From Chloroflexota bacterium (lineage in GTDB: Bacteria > Chloroflexota > Limnocylindria > Limnocylindrales > CSP1-4): a stretch of 52,469 nt of DNA. Position 1 is the stretch's first letter; each line of letters begins with the position of its first letter. Below, one piece after another: positions 1 through 8,887 of the stretch. The stretch spans positions 40,865 to 93,333 of the forward strand of contig PMBR01000131.1 in NCBI GenBank assembly GCA_003152995.1. The letters are read 5' to 3'. Below the pieces are notes generated by a model that worked only from the letters and a program-made list of their open reading frames with translations, had not been told where the DNA came from and ran no database searches. Both the position numbers and the translations under genes were made by a program.

Positions 1-221
1 TTGTTGGCCAGGTCGAAGTGGGTGATGCCGAGATCGAAGGCCCGTCGGACGATCGCACGCTGCGTGCCGCCGAGCGACGCATCGCCGAAGTTGTGCCAGA
101 AGCCGAGCGAAAGGACCGGCAGTTTGAGCCCGCTGCGCCCGGATCGGCGATACGACATGACCTCGTATCGATCGGGCGAGGCGGCGAAGGGAGGGTCGTC
201 GAGGGGCGGTTTCTGGGTCAT
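1..221 (-). CDS. gpr: L-glyceraldehyde-3-phosphate reductase, aldo/keto reductase (5' part, runs off window)
   Basis: Not in ORF track. Manual minus-strand translation from ATG 221: MTQKPPLDDPPFAASPDRYEVMSYRRSGRSGLKLPVLSLGFWHNFG...RRAFDLGITHFDLAN, the YghZ/Gpr N-terminus. Confidence 0.9.
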   Translation of the reverse strand, partial: MTQKPPLDDPPFAASPDRYEVMSYRRSGRSGLKLPVLSLGFWHNFGDASLGGTQRAIVRRAFDLGITHFDLAN

Positions 222-440
222 GTCGAGGCGGGCCTCATGCGGTTGTCGATAGCGTACGAGCCATGGAGTTTTGGCGCGGGCCGGACCGGCTATGGACGCC
301 GGCCGCGCGCTCGAACTGCGGACTGGACCGGCAGGTGCCACACCTACCCGATTGGTTTTGGTGGCCTGTATCTTTGGCACCGCCGCCGTCCTCGCAACGC
401 CGGATAAGTTCGGGGGAGCGTGCTCACAAGGTGTCGTGAC

Positions 441-1202
441 GTGGACTTTCTGGTTCGCAAACTGACCGGCACGACGGGCCCGGTCAAGAACGGCGTGCCC
501 GGCGACGCGTTCATCGAGAGCATCACCGACACCGGCACGACCATCTCATCGCCGTCGGTCGGGCCGGACGCGCCCGTCTACAAGCTCGGGCTGCAGGTCA
601 CGCCCATCGGCGGCGCCGGCGCGCCGTATCAGGCTGAGGTCAAGTCGGCGATCCCGCGGCTGTACATCCCGATGGTTCTGCCGGGCGCGCACATCGGCGT
701 CATGATCGACCCGCTCAACCCGATGAACGTCTCGCCCGACTTCAGCCGCATCAACGCGGCACCGGTGGCGGCGCCGGTCGCGCCCGGCGGCTTCGCGATG
801 GACTTCGATGCCAGCGGCCAGCCCGCAGCCGGCGAGGTTGCTTCCGTGGCGAGCGGCGTCCGGAGCGGCGCCGTCAACACCATCAAGGGCAGCGCAGATC
901 AGCTGCTGGCAACCGGCACGCACGGCACCGCCGTCGTCACGACGGCCATGCCCCTCGGCAAGACCGTTCGCGACATCAATCCGGCGGCCGATCCGTCGCG
1001 GCTCAACGACCCAGTGTGGATCTTCACCGTCGAGGCCACCGTGCCCGGCGAGGCTCCATTCCCGGCCGTTTTCGGTCACCGCGTACCGCTGGCGAAGCTT
1101 GCGTCCGTGGCGCCGGGCGTGAAGCTGGCCGTCGCGGTCAACATGGGGAACAAGAACCAGGAAGTCGCCATCGACTGGGACCAGTCGCCGCTGAGCGCAT
1201 AG
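441..1202 (+). CDS. Hypothetical protein with two internally similar halves
   Basis: ORF 420..1202, likely GTG start at 441. Halves share a pattern (GAPYQA..PGAHIGVMID / EAPFPA..PGVKLAVAVN); strong GC3 codon bias. Confidence 0.75.
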   Translation: MDFLVRKLTGTTGPVKNGVPGDAFIESITDTGTTISSPSVGPDAPVYKLGLQVTPIGGAGAPYQAEVKSAIPRLYIPMVLPGAHIGVMIDPLNPMNVSPDFSRINAAPVAAPVAPGGFAMDFDASGQPAAGEVASVASGVRSGAVNTIKGSADQLLATGTHGTAVVTTAMPLGKTVRDINPAADPSRLNDPVWIFTVEATVPGEAPFPAVFGHRVPLAKLASVAPGVKLAVAVNMGNKNQEVAIDWDQSPLSA

Positions 1203-1268
1203 CCCGAGGCCGGACCGCCGCATAGCCCGAGGCCGGACCGCCGCCGAGCCACGCCGCCGAGCCACGCC
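1197..1268. repeat. Two short tandem duplications (23 bp x2, 13 bp x2)
   Basis: GCATAGCCCGAGGCCGGACCGCC at 1197 and 1220; GCCGAGCCACGCC at 1243 and 1256. Confidence 0.9.
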
Positions 1269-1304
1269 CGGCGGGGGCGCCCCCGACGGGCGCGCCCCCG
1301 CCGG
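1268..1304. terminator. GC-rich hairpin between convergent genes
   Basis: 13-bp perfect stem CCGGCGGGGGCGC / GCGCCCCCGCCGG; no U-tract. Confidence 0.6.
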
Positions 1305-1305
1305 C

Positions 1306-3546
1306 TCAGGTGACGACGATGCCGGTCTCGCTGCCCTTGATCGAGACGGTAACCGTGTCGGTCGCGGTGACTGACCGGGTTCCCACTGTCTTGAGAGTCA
1401 CTCCAAGCGAGAACGTGTGTGTGCCTGCGGCGCCCGCCGTGAATGTGTAGTTCGCAGGCAATACGGCCTTGGTGTCGCTGCTGGTGAAGTGGATCGTGCC
1501 CCGGTATCCCGTGGCGACGTTGCCGTATGCGTCGCGCGCCGTGACCGCGAGACTCCCCGCTACGCCGGCAGAACGCGGCGAGATGAGCCCGGAGACGACC
1601 AGTGTTGTCGCTGCCGCCGGAGTGACGCTGATGCCCGTCTGGCTCCCTTTGATCGAGGCCGTCACTGTGTCGGTCGCGGTCACGGATTGGGTGCCGGCGG
1701 TCTTGAGGATCACGTTCGCGCTGAAGACGTGGGTGCCGGCGTCCGTGGCCGTGAAGGCGTAGTTCGCGGGTAGCTTGGCCTTGGCATCGCTGCTGGTGAA
1801 GTGGATCGTGCCCCTGTAGCTCGAGACGCGATTGCCGTATGCGTCCGTCGCGGTCACCCGAATGCTCCCGGTCGACCCGGCGGTCCGTGGCGTCGTCATG
1901 CCCGAGACGACGAGCTTGGAGAGAGCTGCCGCAGCGACGCTGATGCCGGCCTGGGCGCCGTGGATCGATGCGGTTACGGTGTCCGTCGCGGTCACCGACT
2001 GCGCGCCGGCGGTCTTGAGGATCAATGGCTTGGCGAGGCTGTGGCTGAAGATGTGCATGCCGCCGTCGGCCGCGGTGAAGGTGTAGTTGGCAGGCACGGC
2101 GGACTTGGTGTCACTGCTGCTGAAGTGGATCGTGCCGCGGTATCCGGTGGCCCGGTTGCCAAAGGCGTCATGCGCGGTGACGGCAAGGCTGTGGGCATCC
2201 CCTGCGACATACGGACTCGGGATACCCGAGACGGTGAGCGTCGCGGCGGCAGCCGGTTGGACGACGATGCCGCTCTGGGTGCCCTTGATCGAGGCCGTCA
2301 CCGTGTCGGTCGCGCTCACGGATTGGGTGCCGGCAGTCTTGAGAGTCACGGCCGTGCTGAAGACGTGGAGGCCCGAGTCGGCCGCCGTGAAGGTGTAGTT
2401 CGCCGGCAGCCCGGCTTTCGTGTCAGAGCTCGTGAAGTGAATCGTGCCGCGGTATCCGGTGGCGCGGGCGCCGTTCGTGTCGTGCGCGGTCACGGCGACG
2501 CTGTGGGCGACCCCTGCCACAAATGGATTCGGGAGGCCGGCGACAACGAGAGTCTTCGCCGGGCCAGGAGTGGCGATGATGCTCCAGGCGTAGCTCGCCG
2601 GTGTGGGATCGACACGCCCGATTCCGTCGACGGCCGCCACCTGGAAGGTGTGCGAACCCGCCGCCAGGCCGGAGTAGCTCTTCGGCGAACCGCAGGCCGC
2701 CCACGAGCCCGAGTCGAGGCGGCACTGGAAGGCCGACCCGCCCAGGTTCGACGTGAACGAGAAGCTGGCCGAGGTCGAGCTCGTGCTGGACGCCGGTTTG
2801 GAGGTGATAGTCGTGTCGACCGCGATCGGCGGGACCCAGATCGGCTGCCAGTCGTACTCCTCGACACCGTTGTCGAACTCGCCTATCGCCCAGTCGTTGT
2901 GATTCGCAAGGTAGCTCTCCGGATTGCTGATGCCGTCAAGCGGCGCGGTAGTCACAACCGGGAACTGTTCCTCGAACATGTAGTAACTGGCGACCGGAAC
3001 GGTGCCGAGCCAGATCGGCAGGATCGTCCCGGTGCCGGGGGTCGGGCACGTGGTTTGCGTGGTAGAAGGGCCGATGAAATAGCAGTACGTCGGATTGGCG
3101 GAGCTGATGGCGAGCTCGGTGTTGTCCGGTAGTGCCACCTGGATATTGGGCATGTCGCCGCCGCTCCCAGGATTGCCGACCACCGCGACGACTATGTGCA
3201 TGTAGTAGACGTCCCCGACCTGCGGAAAGTCGCCCGTCGGATAGCCCTCAGAGTCCGTCCATGGGTAGTAGCCGACGTACGCGGAGTCGTATCCAACCAT
3301 CCAGCCACTGATTTGGTTGCCATACAGGAAGGTCGCGTTCTCGTTGATCAAACCGTCGACCCAGTGGTAGCCGGCCGTGACGGTAGACGGGCTCGCCCCG
3401 GCGGCATGCGGGGCGTGGGCTCCGGCAGCGGCCGGCCCGGATGGTCTCGAGGCAGGAGACGCGGCCGCGACGCCTGGCGCGGTCGGTCCGATCATCGCTG
3501 CGACGAGGGCGACGATTCCAATGGAACGTCCGAGCCAGGTTCTCAC
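1306..3546 (-). CDS. Secreted surface protein: signal peptide, FN3/Ig-like domain, four C-terminal ~105-aa Ig-like repeats
   Basis: RBS GAGGAGG then GTG 3546; DTTITSKP..FQCRLDSGSW..C.SP..HTFQV domain; 4x GYRGTIHFTSSD..LPANYTFTA..LKTAGTQSVTATDT-type repeat. Confidence 0.85.
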   Translation of the reverse strand: MRTWLGRSIGIVALVAAMIGPTAPGVAAASPASRPSGPAAAGAHAPHAAGASPSTVTAGYHWVDGLINENATFLYGNQISGWMVGYDSAYVGYYPWTDSEGYPTGDFPQVGDVYYMHIVVAVVGNPGSGGDMPNIQVALPDNTELAISSANPTYCYFIGPSTTQTTCPTPGTGTILPIWLGTVPVASYYMFEEQFPVVTTAPLDGISNPESYLANHNDWAIGEFDNGVEEYDWQPIWVPPIAVDTTITSKPASSTSSTSASFSFTSNLGGSAFQCRLDSGSWAACGSPKSYSGLAAGSHTFQVAAVDGIGRVDPTPASYAWSIIATPGPAKTLVVAGLPNPFVAGVAHSVAVTAHDTNGARATGYRGTIHFTSSDTKAGLPANYTFTAADSGLHVFSTAVTLKTAGTQSVSATDTVTASIKGTQSGIVVQPAAAATLTVSGIPSPYVAGDAHSLAVTAHDAFGNRATGYRGTIHFSSSDTKSAVPANYTFTAADGGMHIFSHSLAKPLILKTAGAQSVTATDTVTASIHGAQAGISVAAAALSKLVVSGMTTPRTAGSTGSIRVTATDAYGNRVSSYRGTIHFTSSDAKAKLPANYAFTATDAGTHVFSANVILKTAGTQSVTATDTVTASIKGSQTGISVTPAAATTLVVSGLISPRSAGVAGSLAVTARDAYGNVATGYRGTIHFTSSDTKAVLPANYTFTAGAAGTHTFSLGVTLKTVGTRSVTATDTVTVSIKGSETGIVVT

Positions 3547-3719
3547 CAGAACCTCCTCTTCCCCTATGCACGCCGACACGGCTGCTGCCCTGCCCGGGCA
3601 GCGCTATGGTACAGCCGGGTAGGCATTCTAACTACTGGCTCGGGTGGCTTGGTCGATCTTCGGTCACAGCGGGTCGGGGACGGCGATTGCGGCATCGGCG
3701 ACTCGCTGCTCGGCGCGGC

Positions 3720-5684
3720 TCAGTTCACGACGATGCCGGTCTGGCTGCCCGTGATCGTTGGCGTCAGCGTGTCGGTCGCCGTGACCGACTGGGTGCCGGC
3801 CGTCCTGAGGATCAAGTTCCCCGAGAAGACGTGGGAGCCGGCGTCGGTCGCGTTGAAGGTGTAGTTGAAGGGCAGCTTGGCCCTGGAGTCCGAACTCGTG
3901 AAGTAGACGGCGCCCCGATAGCCCGGGGCGCGGTTGCCATATGCATCGACAGCGGTGACACGAATGCTCCCGGTCGAACCCGCGGTCCGCGGCGTCGTCA
4001 TGCCCGAAACGGCGAGCGTCTGTGCCGGAGCCGACTGGCACCCTTCGGGGTTGTAGAAGAGACGGATGCGACCGTCGGTAGTGTCGTGGAAGCGGAAACC
4101 CTGCCTGCCGAGCGAATCGCTGATCGTGCCGTGGCCCGGAACCCAGACCCCAGGCGCGGGAACCAGGACGACGATGATGTCGCTCGAGGCTATCGGGTAT
4201 CTCTTGAGGGAATCCGCGAGGAACTCGTTCTGACCCTGCCGTGCGAGGTAGACCGCGCGCGATTCCAGCTCCGGAGCGTAGAAACCGACCCCGTAGGCGT
4301 AGCCTCGCGACAGGTTGCTGTAGACGTGGCCACCCGGGCAAAGCATCTGCTCGCTAAAGGAACTGGCTGCCCTCCAGTCCTCCTTCGGCTTGAAATCGCC
4401 GGCATACACGCGGTTGAGTGGAGCAATGCTCAAACCCATCAGCGCGATGGCCAGACCAGCCAGAGCCAGCCTGCCGACGGCGACCGGCGACACTCGCGGA
4501 TGCATGACCCTCGCCAGGCGCGCGAGCTCCGAGACGAACGAGTCCAGGCCGACCGCCGCCAGGATGTAGAGAATCGGTACCAGGAAGATGAACTGCCGCT
4601 CGGTGACGAAGTAGCCTGAGCGGTTGTCCATGATCCAGACAAATGGGACGAGGATGATTGCCAGCGAGACCACCGCGATGGCAGTCTCCGGACGAGCGCG
4701 TAGAAGGCGGACCGCCCCGGGAACGGCAAATGCGACGACCGCGGCGGTCAGCAGCCAGTCGGTCCACTGATTTCCACCGGGCATACCGGTCGGAGGGACG
4801 GCAGCCACGAGAGTTGCCATCAGACTGGCAAGACGTTCGGGGCTTAGGGCGGTACTCGCGTAGCTGTACACGGCCGATAATTGAAAGCGAACGGCATAGA
4901 GGTACCAGGGCACAAAGGCCAGCACCGTGACGACGCCGACAAGAGCGAGCGGGAGGAGACTCCGACCCATCTCGACGATGGCCGTGGCAGTCGGTCGCCG
5001 CCGGGCAGCTCGAATGCCGGCTGAGGCCAGGAGCCCCGCCCCCTCGAGCGCCAGGAGCAGCGCCAGAAAGTAGTGGGTATAGACACCGGCAATAGCCGCG
5101 CCGCAAAACACGGCCCAGTCTCGACGGCGCTGGAGGCGAATCGCTCGGGCGAAGGTCCACACGAGCACTACCGTCAGAAGGGTCGAGAAGGAGTAGAACC
5201 GGGTCTCCTGTGAGTAGTAGACGAGGAAGCCCGACAACGCCGTCAGGGCCGCCGCAGTCAGGGCAGCCCGACGCGATCCGGTCAGTTCCAGCGTGGCGCG
5301 CTCTATCGCCCACACCGTCGCCACCCCGCAGAGCCATGGCCACAAGCGAGCGCTCAGGGTGCCGACGCCGACGATCGCGCCCGCGACATCCAATGTGACC
5401 TTTGTGGCGAGGTAGTCGAGGGGGGCGGAAGCGGCATACGAGCGAACCGTCGCCAGCAACTCACCGAGCGGCGATCGCGCGGCGTGGACCTGTCCGAGCT
5501 CGTCCAGCCAGAGGCTGCCGGCTCCAAGGTTGTTCCAGCGAATGACCGCCGCTACCAGAAGGATCGCCAGCGAGGGCGACCATCGGGCGACGCGCGACGC
5601 CCAGGAATCATTCCCACTCGGGCGGAAACCGCGAGACAAGATGGTCCTGCCGCGTGCCAACAGGAGCCGTGCCCTCGCTTTCAA
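3720..5684 (-). CDS. GT39/PMT_2-like membrane glycosyltransferase with a C-terminal Ig-like repeat
   Basis: SLWLDE, YYSQETRFYS and GVYTHYF motifs, many TM segments, KEDWR; last ~100 aa match the neighbour's repeat. Confidence 0.85.
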   Translation of the reverse strand: MKARARLLLARGRTILSRGFRPSGNDSWASRVARWSPSLAILLVAAVIRWNNLGAGSLWLDELGQVHAARSPLGELLATVRSYAASAPLDYLATKVTLDVAGAIVGVGTLSARLWPWLCGVATVWAIERATLELTGSRRAALTAAALTALSGFLVYYSQETRFYSFSTLLTVVLVWTFARAIRLQRRRDWAVFCGAAIAGVYTHYFLALLLALEGAGLLASAGIRAARRRPTATAIVEMGRSLLPLALVGVVTVLAFVPWYLYAVRFQLSAVYSYASTALSPERLASLMATLVAAVPPTGMPGGNQWTDWLLTAAVVAFAVPGAVRLLRARPETAIAVVSLAIILVPFVWIMDNRSGYFVTERQFIFLVPILYILAAVGLDSFVSELARLARVMHPRVSPVAVGRLALAGLAIALMGLSIAPLNRVYAGDFKPKEDWRAASSFSEQMLCPGGHVYSNLSRGYAYGVGFYAPELESRAVYLARQGQNEFLADSLKRYPIASSDIIVVLVPAPGVWVPGHGTISDSLGRQGFRFHDTTDGRIRLFYNPEGCQSAPAQTLAVSGMTTPRTAGSTGSIRVTAVDAYGNRAPGYRGAVYFTSSDSRAKLPFNYTFNATDAGSHVFSGNLILRTAGTQSVTATDTLTPTITGSQTGIVVN

Positions 5685-5782
5685 CCCGGAGTCGCTCCGC
5701 CGTCGGCAAGGCGGCCGGTTCCGCTGCTAGGGAGCAAGCCTGTCCAACCCAGCCGAAGCATCGCCTGCGGTCCGCCAGAACC

Positions 5783-6691
5783 TCACTGCCCGCCTGATTG
5801 CCTGGGCTGTCTCCCAAGCGCGGCAAGCGCCTCAGCCGCCGCCTGGCGCACGTTCGCGAGTGGGTCCTGGAGTGCGGCCTCCAGAGGCCCCACGGCGCCG
5901 GCGTTGCCCAACTTGCCGAGTGCCTCGGCCGCGTAGTGGCGCAGCCAACCGTCTTCGGTGTCGTTGAGCGCGGCCACGAGAGGCTTGACGGCGCGCGCGT
6001 CGCCAGCCCCACCGAGCGCCCTGGCGGCGGCCTTGCGCACCCTGTCGTCCCGATCGCGGAGGGCTGCCACGAGAGGCTCGACGGCGGGGGCGTTGCGCAT
6101 GCGGCCCAGAGCCTCGGCGGCGTCCCGGCGCACGCTCCAGCTCTCGTCCTCGAGTGCGGCTATGAGCGGCCCCACGGCGGGGTCGCCGATCTGGCCGAGA
6201 GCCTCGGCGGCGGCCTTGCGCACGCCCGCGTCCCGGTCTTGCAGAGTCGCGCTGAGAGGCCCCGCGGCGCGGGCGTCGCGAATCTGGCCCAGAGCCTCGG
6301 CGGCGGCCTTGCGAACGCTCCAACTCTCGTCTCGCAGGACGGCCATGAGGCGCTCGACGGCGCGGGCATCGCCGATCCGGCCGAGAGCCTCGGCGGCAGC
6401 CTTGCGCACATCTACGGCCCGGCCTTCGAGAGCGTCGATCAGGGGTTCGACGGCGCGAGCGTCGCGAATCTGACCCAGAGCCTCGGCTCCGGCGCGGCGG
6501 ACGCCCGAAGTCTCGTCTTTCAGGGCGGCGATGAGGGTTTCGACGGCGATTGCGTTACCGATCCGGCCGAGTCCCTCGGCGGCGTCACGGCGCACGCGCC
6601 AGTCCTTCTGATACCCGAGCGCCTTGATCAGCCCCGGGGCGTCTCCCCTGACTTCTAGCTTTTCCACATCGGGCGGTCCGAACAGCGGCAT
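5783..6691 (-). CDS. HEAT (PBS lyase-like) repeat protein
   Basis: ATG 6691 MPLFGPPDVEKL; ~9 repeats of VRxxAAEALGxIGDxxAVxPLxxAL. Confidence 0.9.
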   Translation of the reverse strand: MPLFGPPDVEKLEVRGDAPGLIKALGYQKDWRVRRDAAEGLGRIGNAIAVETLIAALKDETSGVRRAGAEALGQIRDARAVEPLIDALEGRAVDVRKAAAEALGRIGDARAVERLMAVLRDESWSVRKAAAEALGQIRDARAAGPLSATLQDRDAGVRKAAAEALGQIGDPAVGPLIAALEDESWSVRRDAAEALGRMRNAPAVEPLVAALRDRDDRVRKAAARALGGAGDARAVKPLVAALNDTEDGWLRHYAAEALGKLGNAGAVGPLEAALQDPLANVRQAAAEALAALGRQPRQSGGQ

Positions 6692-6827
6692 CCTTGCCCT
6701 CCTGCCGATCAGTCTGACACGGACGGACGCGCACTGGGTGCTGAAGTTCAGCGGCGGGCCAGCCGTCGGCCGGTGGATCGGCGGCCGGCGTCCGCCGAAT
6801 CGGCCAGCAGCCGGCCGTGCCGCGGGC

Positions 6828-6960
6828 AGCCACCCGTCCGAACCGGCCAGCGCGACGATCCTCCCACCCGATTGCATGGGCCTTCTGCCGGAACAATGAT
6901 CCGCCCGGCGGTGCGGCCACATGCGTTTGGCGAAACTCGCGCCGTTGGAGGATTCCTCGA
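6828..6960 (+). repeat. Duplicated upstream/promoter region, copy 1 (copy 2 at 8752-8887)
   Basis: AGCCACCCGTCCGAACCGGCCAGCGCGACGATCCTCCCACCCGATTGCA...GGAGGATTCCTCGA-ATG is nearly identical before both paralogs. Confidence 0.9.
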
Positions 6961-8250
6961 ATGGCTGCCGAACCGCTCACCGAACCCATCGTTCTCGCCG
7001 ATGCCGCTCCCGAAGCTCCACTAGCTGAGCCGGCCCGCTCGCGGCGCTCGATCCTCGGGGCCGGACTCGCCGGCCTGGCGGGTCTGGTTCTCGGCTCGCT
7101 CGGGAGACCGGCTCCGACCGAAGCTGCCGCGGGTGGCTCGCTCATCATGGGTGCGGCCAACAGCGCCGGCACGACGAACACGAGCCTCGCGACCAACTCG
7201 ACCGGCACAGCCATGTACGTCACCCAGGCCGGCACGGGCACCGCCGTGCGGGGCATCGCCAACAACGGCATCGCCGGCTTCTTCACGAGCTCGAACGGCT
7301 CGGGCGTCAGCGGTGTCGTGGCCAACAACACCAAGTACGGCGTGTACGGCGCTAACGACGCGTTGACCAACGGTGGCGGCGCCGCCATCAGGGCCAGCGG
7401 TGAGCAGAACAACGGCCTGGTGGCCACCACCGCCTCCACCAGCGCGCAGGCCATCAAGGCGACCAACACGAACCCGGGCACCGGCTGGTCGGCCGGGGCA
7501 GGTATCCGCGCCCTGGCAGGTGGCGCCACCGACGCCAACATCGTTGCACTGACGACATACCCCGGCGCCGGCGAGTTCTGCGGCGCGAACGGCGTCGTGG
7601 CTGCGGCCACAGGGCCGCTGGGCTACGGCGTCTACGGTTTTAGCGACTCGGGGTATGGCCTCTACGGGGCGAGCGTTTCGAACATGGGGGTCTACGGTTC
7701 CAGCAGTACCGGATACGGCGTCTACTGCTTCGGCACCGCGAGGGTCTATGGCGACCTCGAAGTCGTCGGCACTCTGTCCAAGGGCGGCGGCTCGTTCAAG
7801 ATCGACCACCCGCTCGATCCGGCCAATAAGTTCCTGTACCACAGCTTCGTCGAATCGCCGGACATGAAGAACGTCTACGACGGTGTGGTCACGCTCGATG
7901 CGAAAGGCGAGGCCGCGGTGACCTTGCCCGACTGGTTCGAGACCCTCAACCGAGACTTCCGCTACCAGCTGACGGCGATGGGTCAGGCGGCGCCCGATCT
8001 CCACGTCAAGTCGAAGCTGCACGGCGGCGCGTTCTCAATCGGAGGTGGCAACGCCGGTCAGGAAGTCTCCTGGCAGCTCACCGGCATCCGCCAGGACGCC
8101 TGGGCCGACGCTCATCGTATCCCTGTGGAAGAGCAGAAGCCGGCAGCCGAGCGCGGCCTGTATCTCCACCCGGTCGAGCATGGCCAGGCTGCCGCCAAAG
8201 GGATCGATGCGGTTCGCGACGCTGCGATGAAGCCGCGCGCGGGTAAGTAG
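6961..8250 (+). CDS. Tat-signal, Gly-rich fibre-like exported protein with C-terminal SFKIDHP domain (paralog 1, 429 aa)
   Basis: RBS GGAGG; SRRSILGAGLAG twin-Arg signal; GVYG repeats; GGSFKIDHPLDPANKFLYHSFVESPDMKNVYDG. Confidence 0.85.
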   Translation: MAAEPLTEPIVLADAAPEAPLAEPARSRRSILGAGLAGLAGLVLGSLGRPAPTEAAAGGSLIMGAANSAGTTNTSLATNSTGTAMYVTQAGTGTAVRGIANNGIAGFFTSSNGSGVSGVVANNTKYGVYGANDALTNGGGAAIRASGEQNNGLVATTASTSAQAIKATNTNPGTGWSAGAGIRALAGGATDANIVALTTYPGAGEFCGANGVVAAATGPLGYGVYGFSDSGYGLYGASVSNMGVYGSSSTGYGVYCFGTARVYGDLEVVGTLSKGGGSFKIDHPLDPANKFLYHSFVESPDMKNVYDGVVTLDAKGEAAVTLPDWFETLNRDFRYQLTAMGQAAPDLHVKSKLHGGAFSIGGGNAGQEVSWQLTGIRQDAWADAHRIPVEEQKPAAERGLYLHPVEHGQAAAKGIDAVRDAAMKPRAGK

Positions 8251-8295
8251 CGGACGATCGGCCACGACTCGGATCAGTAAGCCGTAGCTCGCTAT

Positions 8296-8435
8296 CCGGT
8301 GCTCCGGCCGGACTCGATCTCGCAGCCGATGCGCTGGCAAAGACTCTGCGTGCTTTGCCGGCACCCGATCGAACCAAGCTGTTTGGGTGCCCTGGTTGGC
8401 GGCGCGAAGGGTGAGATCGGCTTTGCGACAAACGA
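8296..8435 (+). pseudogene. Degraded internal fragment homologous to the SurA-like gene (29532-29703)
   Basis: CCGGTGCTCCGGCCGGaCTcGAtCTCGcAGCCGATgCGCTGGCaAAGACTCTGCG...GGTGAGATCGGCTTTGCgACAAACGA aligns with a +1 frameshift and a ~33-bp deletion. Confidence 0.8.
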
Positions 8436-8887
8436 CAAGCAGGCCGACAAGCAGGAGCCCGGCGCCGATGACTGCTTCTTTGAAGTCAGCGACTTCCAGG
8501 AGGGACCAGCAACGCTGCTGCTTGACGGTGACTTTAACTGCGGTGGAGGCGGTGCCGGTCCCTGGTATACAGCCGCGATGCTTTCTGGACGTCGCCCGAC
8601 GGGCTTTCGTGGACGCCGCTCGACGTTGCCAGGGTCGTCGGCCAAGGTGGCCTCGGAGCCATCTCTGGTGGCTCCAGGTGCCGACTGCCGGATGAGCGGG
8701 CCGGAAGGCGAGCACCGCTCTGCCGACACGATGACATCCATCGCAACGGGTAGCCACCCGTCCGAACCGGCCAGCGCGACGATCCTCCCACCCGATTGCA
8801 CAGGCCTTCTGCCGGCACAATGATCCGCCCGGCGGTGCGGCCGCATACGCATCCTAGCGAAACTCGCGCCGTTGGAGGATTCCTCGA

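Noticed and set aside
1-407. Plus-strand ORFs 1..252 and 18..407
   Set aside because: Antisense shadows of the gpr gene on the minus strand
1197-1268. Short tandem repeats as a mini-CRISPR
   Set aside because: Only two adjacent copies each, no spacers, no cas genes in the window
8299-8823. 174-aa ORF as a real gene
   Set aside because: Mosaic of out-of-frame relic fragments and the duplicated promoter
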